Part shown: in pieces, positions 11,934 through 23,038 of the stretch
Numbering within the stretch: position 1 is the stretch's first letter
Layout of the letters: every line of letters starts with the position of its first letter
Source: Rhynchopus sp. YZ270_cl-10
Taxonomy: Eukaryota
Assembly (NCBI GenBank): GCA_964035575.1
Contig: OZ037834.1
Span: 186,001-250,000, forward strand
Reading direction: 5' to 3'
Length of the DNA: 64,000 bases
The notes under the pieces: model-generated
What the model saw: the letters and a program-made list of their open reading frames with translations, nothing else
What the model was told of the DNA's origin: nothing
The model's database searches: none
Translations under genes and position numbers: made by a program

Positions 11934-13001
11934 ATGAAGGTGAACCAAGCCGCTTCGAAGCCCTCGCTTGCATCCTCGGAAACGCACCACAACACCCGCG
12001 CCACAAATCCCCACATTGATGTCGCACAGCTCGAGGCTGCCGGCCCTACCATGACACCCCCTTGCGACCACAACTGCTGGACCCGCTCCCGCAGACGCCG
12101 TGTCCCCCCTGCAGTCCGTTTGAGGTGCGTCATTTGCCGTCTCCTCTGGATCACCCTAGTGTCCGAGCACAAAAAATGCCACGCATTTTACTACGGATCC
12201 TGCAAAGGGGACTGCGGCAACCCACATATCCTTGCGAGAGGAACCGTCCCAAAGGGGTTGGAGAATACTGCAAAGGCGGAGAGGTTGAACACACGGTGTC
12301 TCAAGGATTTGGTGAAGATGCCAGCGAGGAGGGGGAAGCGTGCGAAGATGCTGGCAGTGATGCCTGCTCCATTGGGGGCTGAGGTGCCGCAGCTGACAGC
12401 GGCTTCGTCTGAGATGTCTATGAGTGAGACGGGGTCGTTCCCTGAAGAGGTGGATCTAGGAGAGGACAGAGGCGCCAATGCAGTGGGAACACACGATGCG
12501 AGGCGTACACCGTCAGTGTCGGTGGCGTCATCCTGCCGCTCAGGGTCAGGAGGGTCCCAAGACGACCTGGGTGGCGGCAGTGCGCACCTTGCTCACAGTG
12601 TGAGCAGCGTGGCTACAACCCCGACAGGGGTCTTCAGGCATGACCCGTACTGCGAGCTGTCTGTGAGTGAGAAGGGGTCGTTCCCCCCCTCCTCTGAGGG
12701 TTACCAGACGCCACGCCACGACGTAGAAAAAGGGGAGGGGGCTGCTGAAGAGGTGGATCCAGGAGAGGACAGAGGCGCCAATGCAGTGGGAACACACGAT
12801 GCGAGGCGTACACTGTCGCCAGTGTCGGTGGCGTCATCCTGCCGCTCAGGGTCAGGAGGGTCCCAAGACGACCTGGGTGGCGGCAGTGCGCACCTTGCTC
12901 ACAGTGTGAGCAGCGTGGCTACAACCCCAACAGGGGTCTTCAGGCACGACCCGTACTGCGAGCTGTCTGGTGTCTTTCTTTATGGAGGGGAGGAAGCCTG
13001 A
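11934..13001 (+). CDS. Hypothetical protein with a CCCH-like zinc finger and an internally duplicated Ser-rich tail
   Basis: 355-aa GC-rich ORF after a polypyrimidine tract. Motif KCHAFYYGSCKGDCGNPH. About 225-bp direct repeat (approx. 12441-12663 / 12744-12969) ending in FRHDPY. Confidence 0.7.
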   Translation: MKVNQAASKPSLASSETHHNTRATNPHIDVAQLEAAGPTMTPPCDHNCWTRSRRRRVPPAVRLRCVICRLLWITLVSEHKKCHAFYYGSCKGDCGNPHILARGTVPKGLENTAKAERLNTRCLKDLVKMPARRGKRAKMLAVMPAPLGAEVPQLTAASSEMSMSETGSFPEEVDLGEDRGANAVGTHDARRTPSVSVASSCRSGSGGSQDDLGGGSAHLAHSVSSVATTPTGVFRHDPYCELSVSEKGSFPPSSEGYQTPRHDVEKGEGAAEEVDPGEDRGANAVGTHDARRTLSPVSVASSCRSGSGGSQDDLGGGSAHLAHSVSSVATTPTGVFRHDPYCELSGVFLYGGEEA

Positions 13002-14240
13002 GGAGGGGAAAAAATGTGCCTTCGAATTTCGAATTGAGATGGAAAAAAAGAGTGATGCTATGCTAGTAAACTACACTTCTAACAGATTGTCAAAAAAAGT
13101 TTCCCCCCCCCCCCCCCCCCCATTTGCCAGCCCATTTTTTCCCGATGTGTGTTTGACTTACTGCATGAGAGGTATAGTCAATGTGATTCAGGGGGGTACG
13201 GAGAACTCACGGACAACCTACGGGAGAACCACTGCAAATCTACCGAAGAATTCGATGTTTTCCGGTAGTGTAATTACTTCTTTGCTTTTATCTATTGTCT
13301 TCACGCTTTATCATTGTTGTTGGGTTGGGAAATAAAGTTTTTTGTGTGTTATCAAGCATTGACGAATAGAAATGGAAACCGACGGATGGTGCGTGCCCGC
13401 TTTAGCGTATTGGTTTTCCACTCATCACTCACATTTATCAGTGGAAACCACAAACCTTTTGCGGTGCGATAAACGAAAAAGTGTTTTCTTTATTTCATTT
13501 AACTGTCATATCCTGAAGTCGTTTTCTATTTTTTTTTTTTTTTTTTGGGCAGCCGCGCCATTACTGCCTTTTGCTTTTGTTGATTTTGTTGCTTTTGTTG
13601 TTGCCCTTTTATTTGGTCCTGGGCTGGACCATAAATTGCATCCGGGGGGCCGTTCCTCCAGAAACTCTATGAAGGTGTTGACCGCTCGAACCGATGTCTC
13701 CTACCTGAGAGATTACAAAACAGGATATGCGGGGTGTTTTTGTGCCTTCAGGGTCTTTTTGTTTTTCATGAATATAATGTTTTTCAGCAACCCTGTCTCT
13801 CCTTGTAATTAGGAAACACCTCATCACCAATGCATAGCCTTTGTCTTTCTGTTGGGGTATGCGGGACTTCCCCTAGTCCTCAGGGTCTAAACGCCCCTGC
13901 CCTCTTTTATGCAAGTTCACCCTGGCAGGGTATATAAATGCTGGGTCAGGCTGGCCCCCCTATGCTATGATGGGTGCTCGCACCCGGAGCATAAATGGCC
14001 AGCGGTCAGGCCAGAGTCGCTCTGCGGAGTCTCTCTGCCACGCCTTTGGGTTACGGTGTGCTGCCTGTAAGGACGTCCACGTATATCCCTAAGAGAAAGG
14101 GTGAGGCCCAACTGTCGGTACAGCATGGGGCGCCAAGAGAGAGATGTTGTGACCCCCCCGCCCACCCCTTTTTGTGTTTTTGGGTTTCTGCTCTCTTGTG
14201 TAGACTATCGTGCACCAAGCGTTGGGTGCAGCGAACTGCA

Positions 14241-14328
14241 GTACCTGTAAGCTCACAACTCTTCAACGGAAGGTGGGCCGCCGGCTGTCGAGCGGTTGTG
14301 AACCGCCCTCGTTCTCTTACGGTACGGG
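14241..14328 (+). other. Conserved structured element, also found at the stop codon of four surface-protein genes
   Basis: Copies at about 10092, 14244, 25613, 30926 and 35708. Closing stem GTACC(T)GTAAG/CTTACGGTAC plus hairpins CTTC-AACG-GAAG and GCGGT-loop-ACCGC. Confidence 0.5.
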
Positions 14329-16268
14329 CCAGTCATTAGGTTTCCTTTTTACATCTTCTGTTGTTGGCCGCAGGGTACTTGTGCTTTCATCCGGGGCTGG
14401 CATCGTACGTGGGTCAGTGGGTGCCTGCATCAATAACTTCACTTTATTTTGTTTGTACCAAATTTTCGACAAGAAAACAGGAAGGACAGAACAGCGTGTT
14501 CCTGCAAGCTTTTGCAACTACCTTTTTCATTGAGTGACCGACACTGGCTGAACAGGTTCACATAAAAGCACTTCGGTGCGCACAAAGTAGATCAATGTGT
14601 TTTTTTTGATTGTGGGGCAAGGGGTCTTGTATGGTACTGTATTCAGTGGGGCAAATGGCATCTAGGTACATTTACCTAGATGCTGCAAAGAACCGCTTTT
14701 CCGTTTTCTATTGTGCTCCACATCGTACACCTCTGTCATCTCCTTCTTGCCCCCTCTTTCTTTTACCGTGTTTCAATAAGTATGGACCAGAATAATTATG
14801 GACCTTCTGGAAATTTTTCTAATGGTCCAATTTGGCACACACCGGCCCCGCCCATTGCCTCTCCGCTTCATATTTTATTTCCTTCTTTGACACCCCCTAC
14901 TGTCGAGGACAGGTCAATATGGCCTTTCTCCGGATCACCGTATTTCCCCACACTCTTATAAACACCCTAATACACTGTCACAAAATCGAGGCATTTTCAA
15001 CTTTTCGACTTTTTCAGGTATATTTTGGGAATAATCCACCCAAAAAGCTTCACAAAACAAAACATGGCTATTTTTTTACCGACCGGAGAAGTCGTTTTCT
15101 TCGGTGAGTCACTCATCAACAAAACGACTATTCCGAGTGCCACACAACATCCATCAAAAGGTGCCCTGTGTACCTGTTTATCGATGCTTCACCCAATGGT
15201 ATGTGGACGCCGTTTTTGTTTCGCCAGATACAAGATAGCATGTCTAATGTTTCTTTTACCGTGTTTCAAAAAAATATGGACCAGAAAAAATATGGACCGG
15301 AATAATTATGGACCTTCTGGAAATTTTTCTAATGGACCAATTTTTCTGGTCCATATTTTTTCAAAACACGGTACTTATTCCTCCAAAACCCCCTCCCCTG
15401 CTCTTTGCTTTAGAAATCCTGTGGTACATGTACATGTATGTGTATGAACAGGGTCGATAAAGGTTTGTTTTCTCTTCTTCACTCAAGAAGAAGTGGAAAG
15501 CAAGTATTGCGTACTGACCTTCACCCATCAAGAGTGGGTGAAACTGAGTTGTCAGATGCAATACATACTGATTTCAAACACCCCCCATTCACCTCTCGCA
15601 AGGGAGGTATCCAACCAAATTTGTTGTTATTGTCGTTCTTTGCTTTTGTTTTGTTTGCTTGCTTTTTTATATTGCAAAGGTTGCCCCTGGTTCTCGGGAA
15701 AAACAGCAAAATTCTGGATTTACACGGTACCATAAAGATCTTGAGGAAGATATTTGTGCTTTTTCAGGATTCCTGGAAATCCTGACAATTTGTGTATGAT
15801 CAGGACGACGAAGATTTGAGTTCGTGAAAAAATATTTTTCTTCTTTAAGACCTTTCTGGTACCGTGAGATTTATGTTCCCGTCTTTCCCCCCCTTTTTTT
15901 TTTCGGTGAGTAGAACGGGTCTCAGCCACTCAACAGAACCCTTTTTTTTCCTTTTATGAAACATACTTATATACTCTAGGGAAATATTGAAGCGATATTT
16001 ACCTGAGGGGGGGTGTCAACCACCAAGGGTTCGGATTTACTGAGCCGATATTTAATAAAATAAAAAAACCCTCTTTTTTTTTTTCATTTTCAAAAAGTTC
16101 TGTTGATTATCAACAGAACTTTGTTAGGTGGCGGCCCCCCTGACATTGTTGGAGTAGTGTAGTTGCCTCGGTTGTGTTGCCATAGTTGTGCAATCTCCAC
16201 TCAGGGCCCAGGCGTATACCGGCCCTTTTTCGGGTCGGTATACACAGTTTTTTCCCGTTTTTTTTTTT

Positions 16269-17539
16269 TTTTATTCCACTGGGAAATAAAGTATACGAAG
16301 GATTTGGCACTTTTAGCGGGATTCTTTTTAATGATAATTTCACGCAGTTTTTTTATCGCAAATTAAAAACCCGCTCATTGAACTTTATTTCACGCGTTTT
16401 TCACTTTTTTCACTGCAATTCCTTCAGAGCGGGATTTTATTTTTGTTTTTTTCACGCTAAAACAGGGATTTTATTTGGCGATAACTTCACGCTAAATTTT
16501 GGTACATCCTGCACCACCACCCACGTAAAAATTGAAAATTTTGAATTTTTTTTGCCCTTTTCGCATTTTTTTCTGACACATGCAACATGCCGAAGGATGT
16601 AAGACGCAAACGGTCCTCCGACAGGAGATGGACAAGCACTACAGTGGTTTTGCTGAAGGACTAGCATTGTCGACACCGTACGTCCGTGAATGGGACCGCT
16701 TTTTAAGGAATTCATTGGCAAGCCTGACGGTAAGCCCACGGAAGCCGACTTCGTTTTCTACATAGTGTATCTCCGTGACGATCTCACTATCAAGACGAAG
16801 GACACACCACCCCCTTTACTTCATTGTGAGGAAGGTGGTGGCTGGCATGATATTCTGTGATGGGCGGGGATCTTCTGAATGTGTCTCGCTCTTGCACGAC
16901 AGCCATTTCCCGACCTCCCGCTAGCACCCGAGGGGACACTGAGGTGGCGAGAGGTCGGGATGTAGCTTTGTGTACCGTTGAGGCAGCTTTCCAAACCCGA
17001 CCACACGCTGCGCTACGCGCTATGCATACACGTGGTGTGGGCTTTTTAGGCTACATACTGTACGCGCTACACGCAAAATGCCGTTGTTGTGTGTGTAAAA
17101 ACGTGGGTTGCGTGGTACTGCATGGTGTCACACGTGCACCACCCTGTGGCACACACATGGTTCTGCCACCCCAAAAATGCGTATCCCACCCCACATACCA
17201 GGGTATGGGCCCAATTCACCAGTTTTTTGCAGGTTCCCAGCGAGCAAAAGCTAGCGGGAGGGTAATGAGAGCTACCTGGAGGGACACATTCTCGTTAGTT
17301 ATTGCACAATAAATGAGTCCCGCTAAAAGTGCCAAATCCTTTCGTATACTTTATTTCCCGTGAAATAAAATTACGTATTCACCTCCTTTTAGCGGATTAT
17401 TTTGCGATACTTCACTTATTTTTTTCCCAGGCTCGTGCACTCAATTTGCCTCGCTTCGCTCGGCAAATTAAGTAGCCCTCGCCTGGGAAAAAAATGCGTG
17501 AAGTTATCGCAAAATAAAACCCCGCTAAAAGGAGGTGAA
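16269..17539 (+). mobile_element. Degenerate Crypton-like element with a tyrosine recombinase remnant
   Basis: About 55-bp inverted repeats (16269-16324 / 17315-17370), then a palindrome 17376-17539 with CCTCGCTTCGCTCGG at the apex. Internal YR-like peptide remnants. Confidence 0.55.
16655..16900 (+). pseudogene. Frameshifted, internally deleted tyrosine recombinase remnant
   Basis: LST-PYVREWDRF/KEFIGKPDGKPTEADFVFYIVYLRD resembles core-binding helices. LYFIVRKVVAGMIFCDGRGSSECVSL resembles box I. Recognised by eye only. Confidence 0.45.
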
Positions 17540-20524
17540 CACGGATGCTGCCAGATCTGGCCAGATTTGGGGGCCAATTTCCCAGATCTGGCTCGTTTTC
17601 CAGATGTGGAGATCTTGTTTCCAGATCTGGCCAGATCTGGCCAGATCTGGGAATCTGGGAAATTTTTTTTTTCAAAAAAAAAAAAAAACCCCCAGATCTG
17701 GCCAGATCTGGCCAGATCTGGAAATCTGGCCATTTTTTTTTTTTTCTCAGATTTCTGGCTATTGTCTCCCAGGGAAAGGGACTCTCGAATTTTTTTTTTC
17801 GCCCCTATATAGGGCTAATTTCGACGATTTGAGGCCGTTAAAAGCAAAATTTGACACTTTTGAGCATCTGTGGGGGTCTAAAACGTGGTTTCGCGCACCC
17901 GAAATTTCGTGGTTTTTACCAAAGACAAGTCGATTTTTGAAAAATCTCGAAAAAAAAATTTTTTTTCCCGGGAAAATTTTGACCCCTGAGTAGGGTTTTT
18001 GTGCACCAAAAAGTGCAAAAAAACGCAAGAGTCGGGTGTTTTGACGATCTGGGTACCGCCATATGCACTACAGGGGCCCACAATTTCGACTTTTTCTTAG
18101 CAATTTCCTTCATAATTTTTTTTTTCGATTTTTGGCAAAGGCAAATCTCAGGCAAAAAAAATTCACCCCTGATAGTGGGTCCTTGGGTGTCCAAAGATGC
18201 CAAAAACACAAAAATTTTGATGTTTTGACCATCTGTGGGCGCCTAAAACGCACTTCTCTGCCCAAAAAATGAATATCGATTTTTCCTTAGCGTTTTTATA
18301 GCCGTGCTTTTTGGGTACTTTTTCGCAAAGGGAAAAAAAAAATATCAACCAAAATAGTGGGTCCTTGGGTGACCAAAAATGCAAAAAAACGCATTTTTTT
18401 GGTGTTTTGACCCTTCAGAACCACCCAAAACGCACTTTTGTGTACCAAAACACGCATATTTCACATTTCCTTAGCAATGCCTTCACAAGTGCAAGGTGAT
18501 TTTTGACCAAACTAATTTTGTGCACTTTTTTTGTGGTCACGTAACGCTAAAATCCTCTCCGTGATGCGAGAATTACATGTGCGAATGCGATAATGATTCT
18601 CGCATGCGAACGCCCAAAACCACGAAGGAGGACGCAAGCAAGGCTTCAGTGCACTTAGGTACAGGATGCGTCGTTTTCAGTTACAAAAAAGGGTACTGTG
18701 AAGCGGTTGAGGCACACACACACACACACACAGACCCGTTGCAAAATGCATCTGGGACCCACGCTAGACCCCCCAAAAGCTGTAAAACCATATATTTCCA
18801 TCTCGCGACCCCAGCGGATGTGGACTGAGGTGTTTTTTTTGGGTGTTTAGAAAGGTTTTTGTCCGATTGGAGAATTTTTTCGGTAAGTGTTGCATTTTGT
18901 CCCCACTGAGTGTGCACTCAGAAAACACTCATCAATAAAACGACCTTTCTGTTCGGTAAAAAATAGATATTTTCTATCGTAGTAGTGGGTTTGTCGTGCA
19001 GTGATGTTCTTTGTACCTGGAGAGTGGGCCGAGTGCAAGGTATGTTTTTAACCCCCCGGTTTTCTCCCTTTTCGACATGTCCACTATTTTTTAGCTATTT
19101 TTTTTTTTGTCAACAAAAATGTCACTTTTACGTTTAAGGGGTACGGGGCGGCTTCTTGTTTGTTTGTTTGTTTTTTTGTTGTAGTCTCTACTTTTACATT
19201 CAATTTCTCTTAACAGGTACCCGAACCGACGACCCTTCATCGTGACAGCGAAGCAGTGCCGATGGAAGAGCTGGTGCAATTATTTGAAAACCAGGTGGCG
19301 ATCGTAAAAGTCGGGTTTATATACCAACTTTTCCATTAACCCACCCCATAGACCACCCTAATTATTATGAAACTCTTAGTCAGTCACTGCTATAGCCATT
19401 TAATCCAGGGAGCATAGCTAGTGCAAGAAATTCGACTTCGGGATCCGGAAAGTCTGTCCTCTGCTTGCGGAGGACTAGGCACAAGAAAATATTGCGTTCC
19501 CCCAGAAAACCAATTTTTGTCAGAGTAATTTTTGCCCAGGGCATGCTCTTGAAGCATGGCGGCTTGGTGTGAGAAGGGGCAGTGTATTGTTTTGTTCTAG
19601 ATTTCAACGGTTGTTAGAACGAGTCAAGTGGATGCTTATCTAAACACTGACTTTAGTACAGACCCGAGAGATCACACATGACTTTGAGGAAAGAACAAAG
19701 CAATGCATCTGTACCCGCACGCCAGGTTGTAGTTACTTCAGAATTTTCTTAAGTTTGCATGAACGAGGAGGGGCGAATCATTCTTCGGGAACCATTAGCT
19801 GTATACCATGGAATGATTTTCTCAAAAACACCACGTGGGGGCTGAATTCAATCCCTTAAGAATTGCGAATTCAGCCTTTGTAGAAGGTACGTCTTACTTG
19901 TACTTGTACTTGTATGCCGTGTCCACCCTTCTCGACCTTACCGGTTCACATGTACGAATAATATTAGGCAGTGGTAACACCCTTCTCAATTGTGCAAACT
20001 TAAGAATTTTCTGCTGGAACTTACCAAAATCGATTTTCTTTCACCCCAAACACCCGCAACACCCCACCTGCTACTTCGGTAGCCTGTGTTGTTGGGAGTT
20101 GGTTCTCATGTTGATCCCCAGTGTTTTGCACTGCTTCTTCTGAGCCCAACGCTGTTTGGCCTGTCGACGTAATAAATACGAAGACAGGGCGGCGGTGCCA
20201 ACAATTTTCCGATGATGTAACGTTTATCTGATTGATTTATCGTTTGATATACCTTGTGTGTCCTACTTCGTAACTTGCACACACGAGCAACGTATATTGA
20301 ACGGTACTTCAAGCGATACTTCGTTATGTCATTGGGGTACCTGGAAAAAAAAATTTTCCCAGACGTCCCAGATCTCCCAGATTTGGCCAGATCTGGCCAG
20401 ATCTGGCCAGATCTGGGACGTCTGGGAAAATTTTTTTTTCAAAAAAAAAAAAAAATTTTTCCAGATCTGGCCAGATCTGGGCGGCCCAGATCTGGAGATC
20501 TGGCCAGATCTGGCAGCATCCGTG
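17540..20524. mobile_element. About 3-kb non-autonomous TIR transposon (hAT-like) with a 6-bp TSD
   Basis: TIR CACGGATGCTGCCAGATCTGGCCAGAT at both ends. GGTGAA at 17534-17539 and 20525-20530. Dense subterminal CCAGATCTGG repeats. No transposase ORF. Confidence 0.85.
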
Positions 20525-20538
20525 GGTGAATAAATAGT

Positions 20539-20585
<47 letters not shown>

Positions 20586-23038
20586 GTGATTTTGTGGGCA
20601 TTTTGCGCTGGTTTTTCCAGATTAAATTACGATTTTTACCGTAAAAAAGTACAAACAAGAGATTTTTCCCGTGTTTTTTTGAAAACGCCGCCAGGATTTT
20701 GACTTTTGAAAAAGTTCTGTTGATGGTCCCAAAAAAATTTTCGCGCTTCGCATTTACGCTCCTTCTCGTGGCCTCCAGTGGAGAGAAGAATGTTTACCAG
20801 CCCGGTCAGAGTTCCACCGAATCAGCGATATTTGCTCTTTCGCTTTTCTCACCAGGCTGTTATACAGGAGACATCTACAGTGTACTCTTCGGTGGCCGGT
20901 GCAGGTGGCCGTCCCAAGCTGTAGTGGGTGTCAGCCTTCTAATCAGTAACAGGGGTCATGGTACCCAAAAGTTCCTGGCGAAGCCACGGTACGCAACATT
21001 TCTAAAAAATGTTGCCAGAAGGTGGCACTGCGTTGGTGATTTTGGTCAGGAAAAATGCCCGCAGCGAGAAATCGATTCCATAAATTATTGTCATAAATTT
21101 TACTTCACATATTTGCTAAAACGAAAGTTTCTGGCAAAGCCACGGTATGCAACATTTCCAAAATTGCGCTTAGAATTACAAGCTGTCATGGGAAGGGTGG
21201 GATGCATGCTTGCGCCGCAGGCGCACGGTACGCTACTTTTTTCCCGCAGGCAGGGCGCGAACGCATAAAAAAAGTTTGTTTGCCCTAAGCGTTTCTTAAA
21301 GAGGAAGGTTGAACCTATGCAGAAATTTCCAGCCGCAGGCGGGGGGTTTTTTTCTCTTTTCCTTTTCCTTTTCCTTTTCCTTTTCCTTTTCCTTTTCCTT
21401 TTCCTGCCTTTTTTTTGGGTTCTGCGAAGAGATTGCGACCCACAGTGGTGCCACAAAAACTTTAGTGGGCCCACCCACCCAAAAACCCACCAGTGAAAAA
21501 CGGGGGGAAAAAAAACGGGAAAAAAAAAAGTGAACATCCCAAAACCGTAACACGCACACCGCTCACGTTTTCCGCTCCCAGCGGTAGGCATGAATTTCCA
21601 CTTTTTTTTTTTTTTTTTGTTGGCCTGCCCTACCAGTGCCCTATCCATTACTTTTTTTTCTTCTTCAAAATTCAGCGACTACACTGTCCTGAAGTTTGTT
21701 TCTATATTTTAATTTGGCTTTTCAGCAGGCTTACGATTATCCTGGCCAAACTTTTTAGGGACACGAGAGGGGTTTTGTATTTCAAGTCAACTTTCCACGG
21801 TGTACTACGGGTCACTGTACCAAAGTACACTGTCAGAGAGGCTTGTAGTTCAAGAGACCTTTTCTTTTGCTCCAATGCGATTAAGATGGTGGTCAAAGAT
21901 ACGCACATGAACATTCATCAGCAGTACTGCACCATTGTACCCTTCCTCTCTCTTCCCAAGCTCTGTTTTTACATCCATATTTGAAAATATTTCAGAGGGG
22001 GAAAAAAAATTGTAGTGGAGTTCATCCTCGGGTGTCTACACTAACAACTGCGAAAAAAAGCAAATCCCTTCTTCAATCAGTCTATACTAATACAACCAAG
22101 TTTTCAGAAAAAGAAAAAATGGATCATCACACGCACACGATTCATCTTATACCACTCCCCATATCACCCATTTTTTCTTTTCCCTCAAGATCATTCCTTT
22201 CCCCCCGCCCCCTTGTCTTTGCTTCCCTCCACCTGCTCCTCTCCCTCCTCCCTAGTTCATACTCAAGGGCATCTTCCCTGTCGTGCACCGCTCAGTGGTG
22301 TCCTTCCGTCAATATCCCAACTTTTCTTTTCCCCACCCTACCCCTTTTGCTTTAACTTTGCTTGCACACGCCGCCCCCCTCGTCCCCTATCAAAAAAAGG
22401 AAAAGAAGACTATCGCATCAGATAGCTGATTTTTAAAAAAAAAATGTATATAGTGGAGCACACTCTAGAGTGGCTACACTAATACAACATAGTTTTCAAA
22501 AAAAAAAAATGAGGTGCCTTTTTTTTGGTCCCGAAACACGATTTTTCAGATTTTTTTTCCAAACGTTAGCGCGAAGCCTGAGTGAGTGTCGATAATATTG
22601 CATGAGTGATGTGTGTGTTTTCGTTCAATACAGAATGCAGTTGGAACATGTAATAGAAAGTGATTGTACTCGTCGCTTGCACCGAAGCCTCCCAAACATC
22701 ACTAATAGGGGTACGTGGATATCAGGCATACCCAATGTTAGGCAGCGGGGGGGTTTCGGTACATTGTTCTCACAGCACTGCTCTCCTAAGTCTCTTTCAA
22801 TTGCTGAAGATTCTGTCCTCTTGCCAGCATGTGCCCCATGTGTGTTGATGGACACCCATTCTCCGTTGGTGCTGAGGTCGGAGGTTGCCCATGTGTGGGA
22901 CAACATGTGCTGTGGTGTGGCCAAATGTTGTAATCTGCGTTCAGTGTTCCTGAGGATCTTTTCTTTGAAGTGACCAAGCATGAGAGGCTTGCCACCATCT
23001 TACTTTCTTTGCATCCACCACCACACACACACAGATAT

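Noticed and set aside
19430..19460. P-loop-like SGSGKS peptide
   Set aside because: It does not fit GxxxxGK[ST], lies in no credible ORF, and has stops in the homolog near 51790.
22970..23038. GTG-initiated N-terminal extensions of the surface proteins (also 27707)
   Set aside because: The region is a pyrimidine tract plus acceptor, the frame is broken in paralog 3, and the signal peptide begins at MPTM.
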